Assembly: GCA_937625935.1 (NCBI GenBank)
Contig: OW569384.1
Span: 124,001-188,000, forward strand
Direction: 5' to 3'
Length of the DNA: 64,000 nt
Origin: Tetramitus jugosus
Lineage: Eukaryota; Protista; Heterolobosea
The notes beneath the pieces are model-generated. The model searched no databases, had not been told where the DNA came from, and worked only from the letters and a program-made list of their open reading frames with translations. This document shows positions 11,701 through 24,300 of the stretch, piece after piece (the first letter of the stretch is position 1; every line of letters starts with the position of its first letter). Position numbers and translations under genes: made by a program.

Positions 11701-12222
11701 ACGAATGATAGTTGGTAATGTTGATCCCACATTGAAGCAACGAACCATCACCGGTGATGAACAAGGATTGAACATCATTCACTGCACAATTTGTCAAATA
11801 ATTGGCCTCAAACTCACTCAAGTAACAAAACACTCCAGTAGCATCATCATCATCGCCATCATTATTGTAGCAGTTGTTGTATGCTTGTTGTGATGATAAT
11901 CTGCCAACACCAAACACTTGACCATCACTCGTCAACAATAGTCCATGATCGACTCCTGTTGAAATTTGAGTAATTTCAGTTGTTGTTGATTCTGTGATTT
12001 GAGTGGGTAGAGGTACGGGCACAGGGACAATTTCAGAGCTAGAACACTGTTGTTGTTTCTCATCATTTTGTATTGTATTTGTTGTTGTAGTTGATTGTTG
12101 AAGTAATTGTTGATGAGATGTAGGTGAATGGTTGGGAAGCCACAGTGGAGAAGACTTTTCTGATGAGAACGATGCATCACCATGTGAGTTCTCAGCTATG
12201 CTATGAAAGTGCTTGCCCCAAG
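8754..12222 (-). CDS. RCC1/BLIP-II repeat protein with long C-terminal coiled coil (multi-exon; first exon not resolved)
   Basis: RCC1 repeats (ISTGVDHGLLLTSDGQVFGVG, IASGSYHWLVLTQFGRVFSWGRG, VSCGDTYTAVTT). GT-AG introns 11162-11246 and 10991-11051 join the ORFs in frame (GQL-GVGD...SICLT-KQGTVYGMG). An acceptor at ~12223 implies a further 5' exon. Confidence 0.82.
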
Positions 12223-12429
12223 CTATGGATGATTGAATACAAAAAAAACATTAAAAAATTTTGTCAGTTAAGTTTAACCTGAAAGAAAAAATTGGTTGCA
12301 ACGAGAATAAGAGCTTCATTTACCATATAATTTTTGTTTCATTTTTGGGATTTGTGTATTTGATATTGTTGTTGTTGTGGTTATGTGTACAGGTTGCTCT
12401 GTTTTGGCGGGTAGCTGTGTCGTTCAACT

Positions 12430-13527
12430 TTACTCCGATGGAGTGCTGATGTTATTGTAAATGTGTTCAATGTTGATGTCCGCAGCACTAAATGTATCCT
12501 CCAATACACCTGTTCGTTGTAAGGTGGCTATCGTGTCGCGCAACATTTCTTCTGAAACTTTTCTCATGTCAGTTGCAAATCGAACCGTATTGAACCACTT
12601 GGCAGCGTCTTCCATGCTCAAGTGACAAGCTCTGGAGATGAACTCCAATGAATCTTGTCGGTCTTGATAAAACAGGGTGCAACACTCCTGAAGAGCATCC
12701 AACAGGCAAGACAACTCCTTTGGATGATCATTCGCAAACTGATCTCGCACAGCAATCATGAAACAAGGCCAAGGCGTTTCAATACTACCCAACATTTTCA
12801 GCTCTCCCTGATCGACAAAATGCTTGAGCATAAATGTCTCCCACAGGAATGTATCAATCTCCTCCTTCGCGATACCCTGTCGCAAATCATCCAAACCTCC
12901 ACAGGGAACAAACTGAACAGACAAATCCTTTTGCTTTTTCGATTCTTTCGTCTCGTTCTTATTGTTCTCATTATTGTACCAATGTTCCTTCTCTGCCAAC
13001 AAATAACTCATAATGTGACTTCCACTGCCGAATCGACTAATTCCAATCTTGCCATTATTTTTCAAATCGCTCAACGATCCAATACGATCACTATTCTTGG
13101 TCACGATACCCCAGACCAACGAACTGTGAACATAGGTTCCACAAATTCGAAAACTGTCAGTGCTCGTCGTAGACGATGAAGCAACATTGTCAACAATCAA
13201 TTGATTCTTGATAATGTCGGATAGGAGACCCTCGGTCAACGCAATGGCAACATCAAGCTTGTTTTCTCTGAGTGATTTGCACATGCTTCCCGTGCCTCTC
13301 GGATGTTCAATAACATCCACCTTGTTCGCCAGTCCGTGCTTGTTGAAGATTTGTTGTTCGGATCCAATGTGGAAAGGCGTAGAAAAGTGCTCTGGTACGA
13401 CTCCGACTCGAATCTCAACGTTGCTTGCAGAAGTGGCAAACATGGGTTGTTGTTGAGTCTGATCGGATGGCGTCTTTGGAGTTCTGATAATCTTGTTCTG
13501 GGCACTGGTGGGATGTAAATGTTCCAT
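12430..13527 (-). CDS. Type 2 periplasmic-binding-protein fold protein (NMT1/THI5-like, Ca3427-like)
   Basis: VGVVPEHFSTP, GTGSM, LTEGL, IGISRFGSGSHIM, FLWETF, TPWPCF motifs; no signal peptide evident. Confidence 0.75.
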   Translation of the reverse strand: MEHLHPTSAQNKIIRTPKTPSDQTQQQPMFATSASNVEIRVGVVPEHFSTPFHIGSEQQIFNKHGLANKVDVIEHPRGTGSMCKSLRENKLDVAIALTEGLLSDIIKNQLIVDNVASSSTTSTDSFRICGTYVHSSLVWGIVTKNSDRIGSLSDLKNNGKIGISRFGSGSHIMSYLLAEKEHWYNNENNKNETKESKKQKDLSVQFVPCGGLDDLRQGIAKEEIDTFLWETFMLKHFVDQGELKMLGSIETPWPCFMIAVRDQFANDHPKELSCLLDALQECCTLFYQDRQDSLEFISRACHLSMEDAAKWFNTVRFATDMRKVSEEMLRDTIATLQRTGVLEDTFSAADINIEHIYNNISTPSE

Positions 13528-13697
13528 CTTATGCTTGTTGATTGAAAGTTGCTTTGTTTTTTTCGATATTCACAATGGGTTGTTGTTGTTTATTGGATAA
13601 ACCATGTTGGTTGAGCAGGGTGTTCCAGATCAGTCAGAACTTCTGAGATCGCGCACAAAAAAATTCAGTGCTGAGGACAATTTTTGGTTGGTTGTTC

Positions 13698-16600
13698 TCA
13701 AGGAAACATGGCGTGGCTTTGAGACGTGGAAGGGGAGCTCGAGAAGGGATTCACAGGACTAATGATGGAATCTTCCGGCCTGAGCTTGTTCTGCAACAGA
13801 TAGTATCTGTTGAAGGGAAGACCGTTGGGCAACAGAAGTGACATATCTGGGTAGTCGTCAGCGTCCCTCGACAACTCGAACTCGTCGCTCTCGAGAATGT
13901 TTTCCACATTCTTTTTCTTGTTTGCACTCGATTTACTGTGCGAGTTTTCTTCTGAAGGCCAGCTGTTGTCTGTGCTTGTCTCAGGCTTGGGACTCTTGGA
14001 GTTTCCAACGTTCAGATACTGTGCAAACAAGTTTTTAGTGTCGACAAAGCCCTTCTCCAGTTCGATATGCATAGTTTGCTGGTTCGTCTTCACAAGCTTG
14101 GCATCAATCTTGATGGCCTTTTCACATAATTGTAAGAACTGCAGACATTTTGCCTCTAGTTTCTTCACGTGTACTTGCTCAAACTTTTGTCGTTCTTCTT
14201 CTGATAAGAAGCTTTCTACAATGTCCTTGGGTCCTCCGTTCACACCTGCCCTAACAGAACCCTGTAAAATTAATTGTAATTGTGCCACATCAGGGAATTT
14301 TGGCTCAATAACTTCCTCGAGCTTCTCTATCTGAGCATTAATATTCTCGATTGCTGTTTCAATAGGTGTCAAGATACGTTCCTCTTCGCGTACAATCATC
14401 AATCTCGTTCTAACATCTGGGAATGTTTCGCGTGTTGTGATAATAATCTTTCGCTTGTAAATCTCGGATGCTTTTTCTGATATTTTCTTTGAATTGGGCG
14501 TGAATGCACTCTCGGAATAGAACTGATTCACGTTGAAGTAGTCTCCAAAGTGTTTCTTTCCCTCCAGTTCTTTGGTGTAGGGTTTGACATTCGTTATGAC
14601 CAATAATTTTTCTGTAGATGTCAGCGCTTGATCGCTTTGTGCTGGATTGGAGGTCAAGGTAAATTCACCAAATATTTGCTTCAGCTTACTGGCCATTGTG
14701 TGCACCTTGTAGTGCTTTGGCGTCTTGTAGACATACTTCCTACCAGACATCTCGCCCCACTGTTCTCCAATAAACTCCAAGCGCCAATAAGTGCCAAATG
14801 CACGAGAATTAAATGAATTGCAAGAGAAGGCCTTCTCTAGCATGTTAGCAATACTGTTATGCGCTTCTGATAAGTTGACAAGATCTCTCTCACAATCAAA
14901 TTTTGCTACCAAAATTTGTAACAGAGGCACAGTGTGCTCGTACAGTTCAGCACGGTCGAGAGCATTGATCGTCTTCTTCACGAGACTCAACAAATCACGT
15001 TCTGTAAATTTGATTGCCTGAACGACTGCATCAATAGAGGTTTGACTAGGCCGTAAATGAGGACACAGCAAGTAGAGATTGTCTAGTGGCAATTTCTTGG
15101 CTGTTTCCTCCTCTCTTCTCAAGCTCTCGAACATGATAGCCAAAATTCGATAGTAGCACTGAGCAGATTCAGCATCTTGGTCCATCTTTTTATGGTAGTT
15201 GGCCAATTGCATCAACCACATGATATGAAGCTCAGGATTGTCCTCAAACGCCTTTGAAATATCGAACAATAATTCCTCGCTCCTCTGTTGATCGTTTCCT
15301 GTGAGCACTTGATTCACAGCTAAAATATCCTTAACAAGTTTTTGAAGTTGTTCGGATAGTGATGTTACGTCCTTAATAAAGTTTTCATGTCGATTCGTTA
15401 AACAATTTGGTAAATCCGTATCGGTTTGTGCCAATGTTACGAGCCCTCTGATCGAGTTAACGAGATGCAACTCCTTGTATGTTCTCTTCAGCGTGTGATT
15501 CAGAGAAATGATTGAGGTAACCTTACTCCAATAGATATTGCCTTGTTGCTCGTATGCAGATCGCAATAGAATGTAGAGCGAGCTGGAGGCATGGTTGCGC
15601 ACACTCTCTATCACAGAGTTACAGAGACACATGAAAGCTTCTGCTAACATGGGGCCAATCGAGGAATTTACGTTGCATACGATATGGCTTTCCTCTGCAG
15701 CAATTGAACGTAAATAACTGAGCAATAATGCAACAGTATTATCGGATTGATTCAAATGCAACTGGGAAGTTAAAACTTTCATTAGACCAAGAGTGAAATG
15801 AGTACTGAGAGTCTTTGATTTAACTCCCTTCACAAACTTGACCAACCGCGTCATGATGAAAAGACAATAAAGATTAGCATCGTACGAAATATGCTTCTCC
15901 AACAATATTTTGTCAAGAATATACTTGTCTTTCAACTCGCTTTGTTCAAGTCCCTTGTTCTTCGGTGATGGTAGTGGAGAGGCGTCATTTTCTGAACTCT
16001 TTGTCTGGGGTAACTTTTCATCGCTATCACCTCGTCCTATTGCCTTTTCCTTGATAAAAGAGAGCACATTAGCACTCCTAGGCTTGGCAGACACACTACT
16101 ATGACCACTCAAGCGCTTCAGTATAGGTGTTGGTACCAACTTAGAACCACGAGCGTTTGAACTATTGGGTGATGATTTCAGGGTGGTGTCCAGTTGAGTA
16201 TTGTCTTCTGATGCACTTGATGTTGAACGTGCACGCATTGAATTCTTTCTCTTCTGTTGTATTTTCTCATGTACAACATTGTATGTCGGAGATAAATCCT
16301 TCTGTCCGTTATATTCAAACACAACCATTGCAATTTGAAGGAAGCTCAATAAAGAGTTTCCTTTTCCTCTGACTATTAAATCCAAACACCATGAACACAC
16401 CAAATCTTGGTGCATATTCCTGATGATATGCAGGACTGATGATAATAACAATCGTTTTTCCTGCTTCATATGTAATCTCTCCATAGCCATGATACGTTTA
16501 CCCTTGGCTATCAGCTGTAATATTGTAATCTGTTCGCGCTCAAGAGTCTGAATATGTTGCGTGTATGTAGCAATCATAGATGTATTCTTTTGCCTTTCTG

Positions 16601-19600
16601 CGCTTTGTAGGGCTGTTGAATCAATATAGATTGTACCTTGTACAATCTCCAGTTGTCTCTTCCATTTGAATAGTTCTTTAGAGACACCAGCAATCGACTC
16701 ATCTACATGCTTGATCCAGTCTGATACAACATCCATGAACTTGATGACAAATTCAAAATGTATTTGGTTAATTCTTTGCCTAAACTGAGGACTAAAGAAT
16801 CTCTCGTCGTTATTTGTTCGCTTCACAAAATCTGTAAAGAATGCTATGGCCCTAACTCTAATCGATTTTGATGAATGATCCAAACATCTTGCGATCAAAT
16901 CTGCAAATGGAGTGTACAAGAAATGATGATATGTGTTGAGTGATATATTCTCGTAGAGTAGATGAGGATCGTGAGTTCTCTTCATAGCTTCTGCTGTAGT
17001 CTGAGGAAGGAACAAAAGTTCGTAATTTCTGAATGAGAACATCTGATTGAAGAATGCAAGCTGAGCTTCTAAAGTGTGATCATTGATCTGCTCCAGCGAC
17101 GAAGCAAGCACTGAGTAAAATCGAAGAGCAATTTGCAAAATTCGAGGAACTAGGCTGTAGTTCACAATTGACATCAGTCTGACCAAAAAGTTACCAATCA
17201 CAGCACAAACTTTGGCAATCTTCCCATCACTATTGCGCTTAATATAATCACCATATGACTGAACAATGATATCTTCCAGCGTATCAACAAATATTGTCGA
17301 GAAGGTGAAGTTATCCGACGATACAATCTCGAGTAGCAATGCTTTAAATAGTACAGAGAAAATAAACCATGAATAATTGAGTATGGTTCGGTTAGCATCT
17401 GCCGAGACTTCTTCAACAAATGATTGAATAGGAACTAATAGAGCCTCACAAATGTTGGTAAATTGGAAATTGAATTTCACATATGATCGTATCAACTGCG
17501 GATTGTGATTAAGTGATTTGCTCACATAATCCATGATTGCCCTAAAAGCTCGCGACCGAACATCAAACCTCGAATTATCCTCAATCACCTTGAACAATGA
17601 ATTAAGAATGAGAGGAGCATATGCATCCAAGTTTTGAGGGACATGAGATAGCCCAGACACCGCTTCGTCCAGCACAGTTAGAAAATCTCCCTGTGTTAAA
17701 CGTCTGTTGAGATAATTGAAAAAATTTTGCAAGCATCCTTGACTTCCGTTAGGAAAGGCAACAGATCTAGCATGTACCTGAACTCGGAATGATGATGATT
17801 CAGATTTACCCTCTGCTTGACTCAAATATAACAATCCTTCAGACTGTCGTTTCTTTAACTTAAAGAATGGAAGGTCATAAGCACCGTGAGCCAACTTCCA
17901 AGAATGAGTGTTAAACAACCGTAAAAATGAGTAGCCAATGAACTCTTTGGCTCCGTTTTTGGCAATATGATAGAATCTGAATAATAAATGATGATCAGGA
18001 CCAATATTAACTGGCAGTTTAAACTTGATCTGCTCAGAGAATTCAGGAGAATCATTCGAGGGCGAAACAAACGTAAATGTCTCCATATTTAAGTCATGCT
18101 GGCCCAACGACTTGAATGAAGGATAAAACACTCTCATTCCTGGTTGATGAATATTTGTATCTCTTTCACATAATGATACAGAAACAATAATGTTACGACT
18201 CTTCTTGCTCATACTGTTTCTAATGTTGGCAAATGTGGGCTGCACAATACAAACATTCTCAATATCGAGTACACCGCTCAAATGATTGTGATATGATTTG
18301 ACAAGTGTCGCAGGCAATTTACCCCAATCTGTTTCCACCAAAATTTCATTGTCCTGATTGAATTGAGACTTGTTCGGTTTCATCCATCTGGTAAATCCAA
18401 ACTCAATGTCAGCTTGAAAACTTTTCGCATTGATCGTACCAGATGAGTAATTTGAAAGAATCTTCTGATTACTGACATTGCCCGTTGATGGTAGTAGATA
18501 AAATCCAGACAATACTGTGGTAGGGGAAGAGTATGATATAGCACTAGACAAATTGACAGCAGTCCATGAAAAGTAAGAATACAATCCATGAACAGAATCA
18601 AACACTCTAGCTTTTGCCTTTGCACTTGTGACATCCTTCTCTCTAACCTTGTCTCCTGCAAGGTACACGTCATTAAATAGGTCATTATAATCTCCTCGAT
18701 ATTGTCGCGCTAATTTAATGAGAACTATCATGGTATCAGTCACTGGACCTGTAACAAAAAGAGCACGATTCAAAGAAGAGCTTCGCTTTGTGAATTGGAA
18801 GCTAAACTCTTCAGCTACTTGGACAAATGAATCCTCCGATGCAACATCATAGATTGTGATTGAGCAGTAAATATCCTCGAGAGGTACAGCACATCGTTCA
18901 TTGAATCTAAAGTGAATGGAGGAAGGGACAAATAAAACTGTTTCAACATCAGGAACAGCATGGAACTTTTTCGTATCTTGCAACAAGACATCTGCTTGAT
19001 CCTTATCCACTGTTTGAATTGGTGTCTCAGATGTGATTGGTGCGTCAGATGTTGTGCTAAGGATTGATTGGAATAGAAAATCGCTTCGATCCTCGGACAT
19101 ATACTCTGCTCTGATACTATCTTCACATTTATCAGTTCCAATCACCATTGGATCCAAATCCAACTTTCTCATTCTCTCTGCGGCAGTGACTGGTACTCTC
19201 TTCTTCTTCTCATCACCGGAAAGATAGGATAAAGAATCCACTTCATAATCCATATCTGCCAAATTGTCATGGGAAACAAGTGGTTCAACCAGTCCAGGAG
19301 AATTATCAATAGGATCAAACGATACAAAGTCATCAAATACACTTGCCATACTCAATTTGACATGATTTGGCAAATCAGTCACAGATTTCTCATAAAAATC
19401 GAGGCAACTCAAAACTGCAGGTGTGACACTGCTCTCCTTCTCTCTCTTGAACCTCCTCTTTGCGATTTGAGATGTTGATTCAATTTCTGAATCAGGTGTA
19501 TTGTCACCACGCATATCAAACTCGTCTCCTCCTGTACCCTTGTGATCAGCAGTATCGTTCGAGTCTTCCACAGCGTTATCATATTCATTTCCACCCATGG

Positions 19601-20951
19601 GTGACAAGGCGGAATGCATCATGAGAGAAGATGATGATGCAGACATTCTTAATGATTCTGCATTGTCCTTGTCTTGACGCACATGATGACTATTACTATT
19701 GTTGTTGGAACTGCTACTATTATTATTTACATTGCCCATCTTTATCCTCGTGGGCAATGAACCCAATGAGATTGAATGAACAGGCACAGAAGCAGATATT
19801 CGTTGCGTTTTCGATGAAGAATCAGATGATGCACTGGATGTGCTTGCTCCATTGTTGTTCACACTCACTGCTCCAATACCACTCGTTCCATGGTTCAATA
19901 CCGACTGTGACAGTGGTGCTGATGTTGATGATGATGCATCTTGAGATGAAACACTGGGTTTCATCTTGACAGGTCTCGTAATGTTTCGTCTCGTCAAACT
20001 AAATGGAAAATGAGTGGTTTGCTCTTCTTGCTGATTCAACAGCATGGTGAGTGAAGAATTTGAGTTTTTGTTGTTGGTGTGATTGCTGTTACCATCGTCG
20101 TTCGTCATCACTGTTGGTGATGATACAATATTGGATGATGCAGATGCTGTTGCTCTTGTAGGAAACATTGTGTTCATCGCATCTCTAAACATGTCATCGC
20201 TCGTGATGGAATCACTGTGTAGCAGAGTGGCATACTGTGCAGCATCAAACGACAGTACTTGTTGTTGTTGCTTCATTTGATGCTGTTCCTGTTTTTGCAA
20301 CTGTTCCAATACGCTCAATATAGTGGATGGAGAGGCAGAATTACTGCTACTGAGTCGAACACTCTTTCGAGCAGCAGCAGTCACTGATGATGACGTACCT
20401 CGACTGCTTCTACCATTATTATTATCATTATTGTTATTATTATTACTGTTGTTATTGGTTGCAGCAGCTGTCGAGTGAGGATGAGTCTCATTGGCATCTT
20501 CATTGATGGTTGCTCTTCTGACTCTTTCCGTGCCAGAGTGAGGATTGCCACTACCGCTACTACTACTCTTAGTTGTTGCAGCAGAAGAAGAAGTAGAGTT
20601 GTCAGTGTTTTTAGCGTTGGAGGAAATGTTGTTGTTGTTATTGTTGTTGTTGCTTGGAGAATCAACAGTGGGTGATGGAGTCATGCTGCTCAAATCATCT
20701 CTGTGCAGAGAAGAAATGGGAGAAGAATCGACAGGTGATTGATAATCCATGAGTAACAAAGAAGCTGGTGTTTGAATGGATGATGGTGTCATTGCACTCC
20801 TTCTCTGTTTGGTGATGGGTGTGACGACATTATTCTCGTCATTGTTGTCATTGACATGACTATCGTTGCTATTATTGACGATCAATATGGGTGAATCACC
20901 AGTAGCAGTAGTCGATGACCTGGGATTATTTTTGGCGGGAGTTGATGACAT
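13698..20951 (-). CDS. DOCK-family Rho/Rac guanine nucleotide exchange factor (DHR-1 C2 and DHR-2 domains)
   Basis: RNIIVSV...PEFSEQIKFKLP...HHLLFRFYHI (DHR-1); ILTPIETAIE, LQLILQGSVRAGVNGGP (DHR-2); single 2417-aa ORF with N/S-rich N-terminus. Confidence 0.92.
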   Translation of the reverse strand: MSSTPAKNNPRSSTTATGDSPILIVNNSNDSHVNDNNDENNVVTPITKQRRSAMTPSSIQTPASLLLMDYQSPVDSSPISSLHRDDLSSMTPSPTVDSPSNNNNNNNNISSNAKNTDNSTSSSAATTKSSSSGSGNPHSGTERVRRATINEDANETHPHSTAAATNNNSNNNNNNDNNNGRSSRGTSSSVTAAARKSVRLSSSNSASPSTILSVLEQLQKQEQHQMKQQQQVLSFDAAQYATLLHSDSITSDDMFRDAMNTMFPTRATASASSNIVSSPTVMTNDDGNSNHTNNKNSNSSLTMLLNQQEEQTTHFPFSLTRRNITRPVKMKPSVSSQDASSSTSAPLSQSVLNHGTSGIGAVSVNNNGASTSSASSDSSSKTQRISASVPVHSISLGSLPTRIKMGNVNNNSSSSNNNSNSHHVRQDKDNAESLRMSASSSSLMMHSALSPMGGNEYDNAVEDSNDTADHKGTGGDEFDMRGDNTPDSEIESTSQIAKRRFKREKESSVTPAVLSCLDFYEKSVTDLPNHVKLSMASVFDDFVSFDPIDNSPGLVEPLVSHDNLADMDYEVDSLSYLSGDEKKKRVPVTAAERMRKLDLDPMVIGTDKCEDSIRAEYMSEDRSDFLFQSILSTTSDAPITSETPIQTVDKDQADVLLQDTKKFHAVPDVETVLFVPSSIHFRFNERCAVPLEDIYCSITIYDVASEDSFVQVAEEFSFQFTKRSSSLNRALFVTGPVTDTMIVLIKLARQYRGDYNDLFNDVYLAGDKVREKDVTSAKAKARVFDSVHGLYSYFSWTAVNLSSAISYSSPTTVLSGFYLLPSTGNVSNQKILSNYSSGTINAKSFQADIEFGFTRWMKPNKSQFNQDNEILVETDWGKLPATLVKSYHNHLSGVLDIENVCIVQPTFANIRNSMSKKSRNIIVSVSLCERDTNIHQPGMRVFYPSFKSLGQHDLNMETFTFVSPSNDSPEFSEQIKFKLPVNIGPDHHLLFRFYHIAKNGAKEFIGYSFLRLFNTHSWKLAHGAYDLPFFKLKKRQSEGLLYLSQAEGKSESSSFRVQVHARSVAFPNGSQGCLQNFFNYLNRRLTQGDFLTVLDEAVSGLSHVPQNLDAYAPLILNSLFKVIEDNSRFDVRSRAFRAIMDYVSKSLNHNPQLIRSYVKFNFQFTNICEALLVPIQSFVEEVSADANRTILNYSWFIFSVLFKALLLEIVSSDNFTFSTIFVDTLEDIIVQSYGDYIKRNSDGKIAKVCAVIGNFLVRLMSIVNYSLVPRILQIALRFYSVLASSLEQINDHTLEAQLAFFNQMFSFRNYELLFLPQTTAEAMKRTHDPHLLYENISLNTYHHFLYTPFADLIARCLDHSSKSIRVRAIAFFTDFVKRTNNDERFFSPQFRQRINQIHFEFVIKFMDVVSDWIKHVDESIAGVSKELFKWKRQLEIVQGTIYIDSTALQSAERQKNTSMIATYTQHIQTLEREQITILQLIAKGKRIMAMERLHMKQEKRLLLSSVLHIIRNMHQDLVCSWCLDLIVRGKGNSLLSFLQIAMVVFEYNGQKDLSPTYNVVHEKIQQKRKNSMRARSTSSASEDNTQLDTTLKSSPNSSNARGSKLVPTPILKRLSGHSSVSAKPRSANVLSFIKEKAIGRGDSDEKLPQTKSSENDASPLPSPKNKGLEQSELKDKYILDKILLEKHISYDANLYCLFIMTRLVKFVKGVKSKTLSTHFTLGLMKVLTSQLHLNQSDNTVALLLSYLRSIAAEESHIVCNVNSSIGPMLAEAFMCLCNSVIESVRNHASSSLYILLRSAYEQQGNIYWSKVTSIISLNHTLKRTYKELHLVNSIRGLVTLAQTDTDLPNCLTNRHENFIKDVTSLSEQLQKLVKDILAVNQVLTGNDQQRSEELLFDISKAFEDNPELHIMWLMQLANYHKKMDQDAESAQCYYRILAIMFESLRREEETAKKLPLDNLYLLCPHLRPSQTSIDAVVQAIKFTERDLLSLVKKTINALDRAELYEHTVPLLQILVAKFDCERDLVNLSEAHNSIANMLEKAFSCNSFNSRAFGTYWRLEFIGEQWGEMSGRKYVYKTPKHYKVHTMASKLKQIFGEFTLTSNPAQSDQALTSTEKLLVITNVKPYTKELEGKKHFGDYFNVNQFYSESAFTPNSKKISEKASEIYKRKIIITTRETFPDVRTRLMIVREEERILTPIETAIENINAQIEKLEEVIEPKFPDVAQLQLILQGSVRAGVNGGPKDIVESFLSEEERQKFEQVHVKKLEAKCLQFLQLCEKAIKIDAKLVKTNQQTMHIELEKGFVDTKNLFAQYLNVGNSKSPKPETSTDNSWPSEENSHSKSSANKKKNVENILESDEFELSRDADDYPDMSLLLPNGLPFNRYYLLQNKLRPEDSIISPVNPFSSSPSTSQSHAMFP

Positions 20952-21317
20952 TGGGTATTGGCGCGAAAAAGAAAGTGTCTAGAGTGAAGCGTCTTTGGGG
21001 AAAAACTCCACTTCTACTTGATGTTTTGTTGCAATGGTAATTGGTGGTACAATGTGATAATTGTTGTTGTTGTTGTTTGTGTTTCGTGAGTCGTTTGGGT
21101 GTCACAAGGATCTGTCTGTGTTAATTAGATGGGGAATGGAAATTGGTGCAGTTTTGTAAGAAAAGTGATGAGCTCTTGCGACATGTGAATCCATCCGAAA
21201 AAATTTTGACGTGTGATGGGGCGTTGGCTTTATCAATTTTCGACGTGATGATACGAACTTCAGCGCATCATTTCATAGGAAGCAAAAGTTCACACTCTCA
21301 GTTTGGTGTTTGTGGCA

Positions 21318-24300
21318 TTACCATGGATTGTGACCACTGGTTTGTCCCCAATTTTGACCACTGAAGCTCTCTTGTGTTGATGAGGCATCACGTAGCGTTT
21401 GTCCACTTGGATGATGTTGCCATTGCTGACCAGGTTGTTGCATGGGGTGATAGAATGAAGGACTGAAGCCTGTCCATTGACCTCCTGCACTTGCTGCGTA
21501 TGGACTATACGGGTTCGATGGGTGATGATTGTTGTCATGAGGTAACGACCACATGCTACCTGTATGGTAGAACAATCCCGGTCCACCAGCAAATGGTTGA
21601 ATATTCTGCTGTTGCTGCGGTACCTGAGGATTGCTTATCAGTGTATTTTCGACAGGTTGTTGTTGCCGTTGTCCTACGAAATGTTTAGAACTGTTGTTGA
21701 CATTCTCCGTGGTATGCATAGGTACAAATGATGTGTTGTGGAAGGATGTAGGAGTACCCGTTGATGGTGACCAAATATCTGAAATCGCGGGGTTAAAGCC
21801 TCGATTGATATTGGCAAACTGTTGGTTGTATGTGAATGCGTTGGAGGAGTGCAGTGGATCATACTCAGCCTGTACTTGATTCGTGGATGCATAAGCTGGC
21901 TGGTTATCCTGGATGTTATTGTACATTGACAGTTGTTGCATGTGTTGAATCGTTGTAGCTTCTTCGTCTTTCGTTTCTGAATCAATATGATGCCGTTCGA
22001 ATATTGTAACGTTGTTTTCGTTAGATGGAGACGACCGATATTGCTCTGACTGGGTAGAGGAGGTAGAATCGATGCTCAGAGAGGTAGCACCGACTTGTGG
22101 TGCAGTACTTTTGCTTGGGTTTGATGCCTTCTGTTTAGTCTTCTTGCCATTTAAGCTTGGATATTCGACATCATAACTCAACGATGGCTCAACATTAGAT
22201 GACGATGATGAGTTGTTTGCTGAGCTGGTGATTACATCTGTTACGACATCACCTACAACTGAGATAAAATTGAACTGTTCTGCAGTATTTTTAGGCTTTT
22301 GCAGTATGGTTGGAGTCTTATTCGCAGTCATTGGCTTCGTATCAATATGCCACGGATTGTCCGTGTGTGTTGTGCGTGATTGATTGCTTTGTTTCAATGT
22401 GTCCAGAGAGCTCGTTGATGTCGTACTGATCTTGGTTTTGGACGACGATTGCGTTTTGGTGATTGCTGGTCTTTGAATTGCGATGGATGATGATGTTGCA
22501 CTTGTGGACACAACAATAGATTCTTCTCTCGGTTTTCCTCTGGTCTTCTTGCTCGTGTTCACAGACCATTCTCCTTCCACTAATCTCACACTGAAACATA
22601 TCTCGCAAGCATCAACAACAGGAGCATTGAGAAACGTACACTTCTTACACGTCCAACAACCATTTGCCGTGATAGAAGACATTCCAACCATTTTCTGCGC
22701 TTCCTTCTTTTTATGCTTCTTCTTCACGACAACGACACCAGGGGAAGGAGCGATATTGGTCATAACCATGTTTTGGCGCACCCCACCTTCTCTCTGCCTC
22801 GCCTGTTCTGTGCGGTACGCCTCCCACAACGAATTGTTGTTAGCAACCTCTGAGAGCTGACTACCAAAGCGCTCAATCTTTGAAATCAGGTCCTCACACT
22901 CCACAACCAACTGCTCCTTCAATGATTGACTAATTCCAATCTGATTCTGGTCAAACGTGGCGATATTGAGTAATAGACCACGATTGGAGTCAGCAGCGTT
23001 CGACTCATCCACTCGTATATTCTTGATTGCAGTGAATGCACTGCTCATGTCTTTGTGTAACCGAATCGCTGCATTCTGAGCAGTTGTTAGCCTTGTCAAC
23101 ATTTTTTCATCCACAGGCACATGATGATCGAGCTTTGAGTGCTTGGGAGCTCTCCACTCTCTCAGTTCATTGACATCTAATTACGATACGTACACTTGGT
23201 GTGAGCAACAAACAATTCAACGACAAATAATGAAAAGCAACAAACCAAAAAAGCAACACACTTACTTTCTCTCAGTCGAGTCAAGCGATCTTGAACATGT
23301 CGCGCCTGTGTCAATAACTGAATAAACTCCTGGATTTGTTCGCGTGTGAATTCTGATGCCTTATCCATCAAATTGGATAAATTTTTGCCGTTTTGCGCCA
23401 TTTGAGACCACTCACTCATTATGGTTTCAGCTCTTTCAGACACCTATATGATCGATGACAAAAAAAAATATTTCGTTAATACCAATTTTACAACGTACTC
23501 AGCAACATAACAACAATCACCAACACACATACAGTCACTTCAACCAATTTTCCTGATTTCTTAGCATGACAAGTCCTATGCTTCATATTTCGATCTCCAA
23601 TCACAACTAAATAATCCGCAGTTGAATTTGTGATAATTTCCTGAAGGTGATTGGGCCGTATGGGTTCCCATTTTCCAATCAATGCACCAACATCACTATT
23701 CTCATTTTCATTCTCATCACCTTCTTCATGATCATCATGAATCGTTGTCAATTGTGCATACACATTCATTCCATGTGACAAAAAAGTTTCCTGTACATCG
23801 TCCAAATAACTCCGAACTTTAGTGTCTTCTGCGAACAAGACAACAATGTGCAACAATGGTCTTCGGCCTAGTAAAATAAGAGACACTGGGTCTAATCCTC
23901 TCTTGATTCGATCCAATGATTTATAGCGAGGTAACATTGCCACGATCGATCCATTGTTATTGTTATTGTTATTAGTATTATTATTATTATTATAGTTATT
24001 GTTGTTATTGTTTTGATTGGTATGAGAAGTGAATGAAACTTCATCATTATCACCACCACTTCTATTGTGATTCAAAAAAGCTAATCTACTATTATTATTA
24101 TTATTATTGTAACTATTGTTGCTATTGTTACTATTGTTGTTATTGTTGTTCCAATGCATCATCATCATGGCATCATTGTTCGATAAATTTACACCTTCAT
24201 TAAAATATTCATCAGCATCGTTATAACCATTCACCAACGTGCCATTCTAGAACATCAGGATTGATATCATGAACGTTTTTTTCACACAACAACCAACGAC

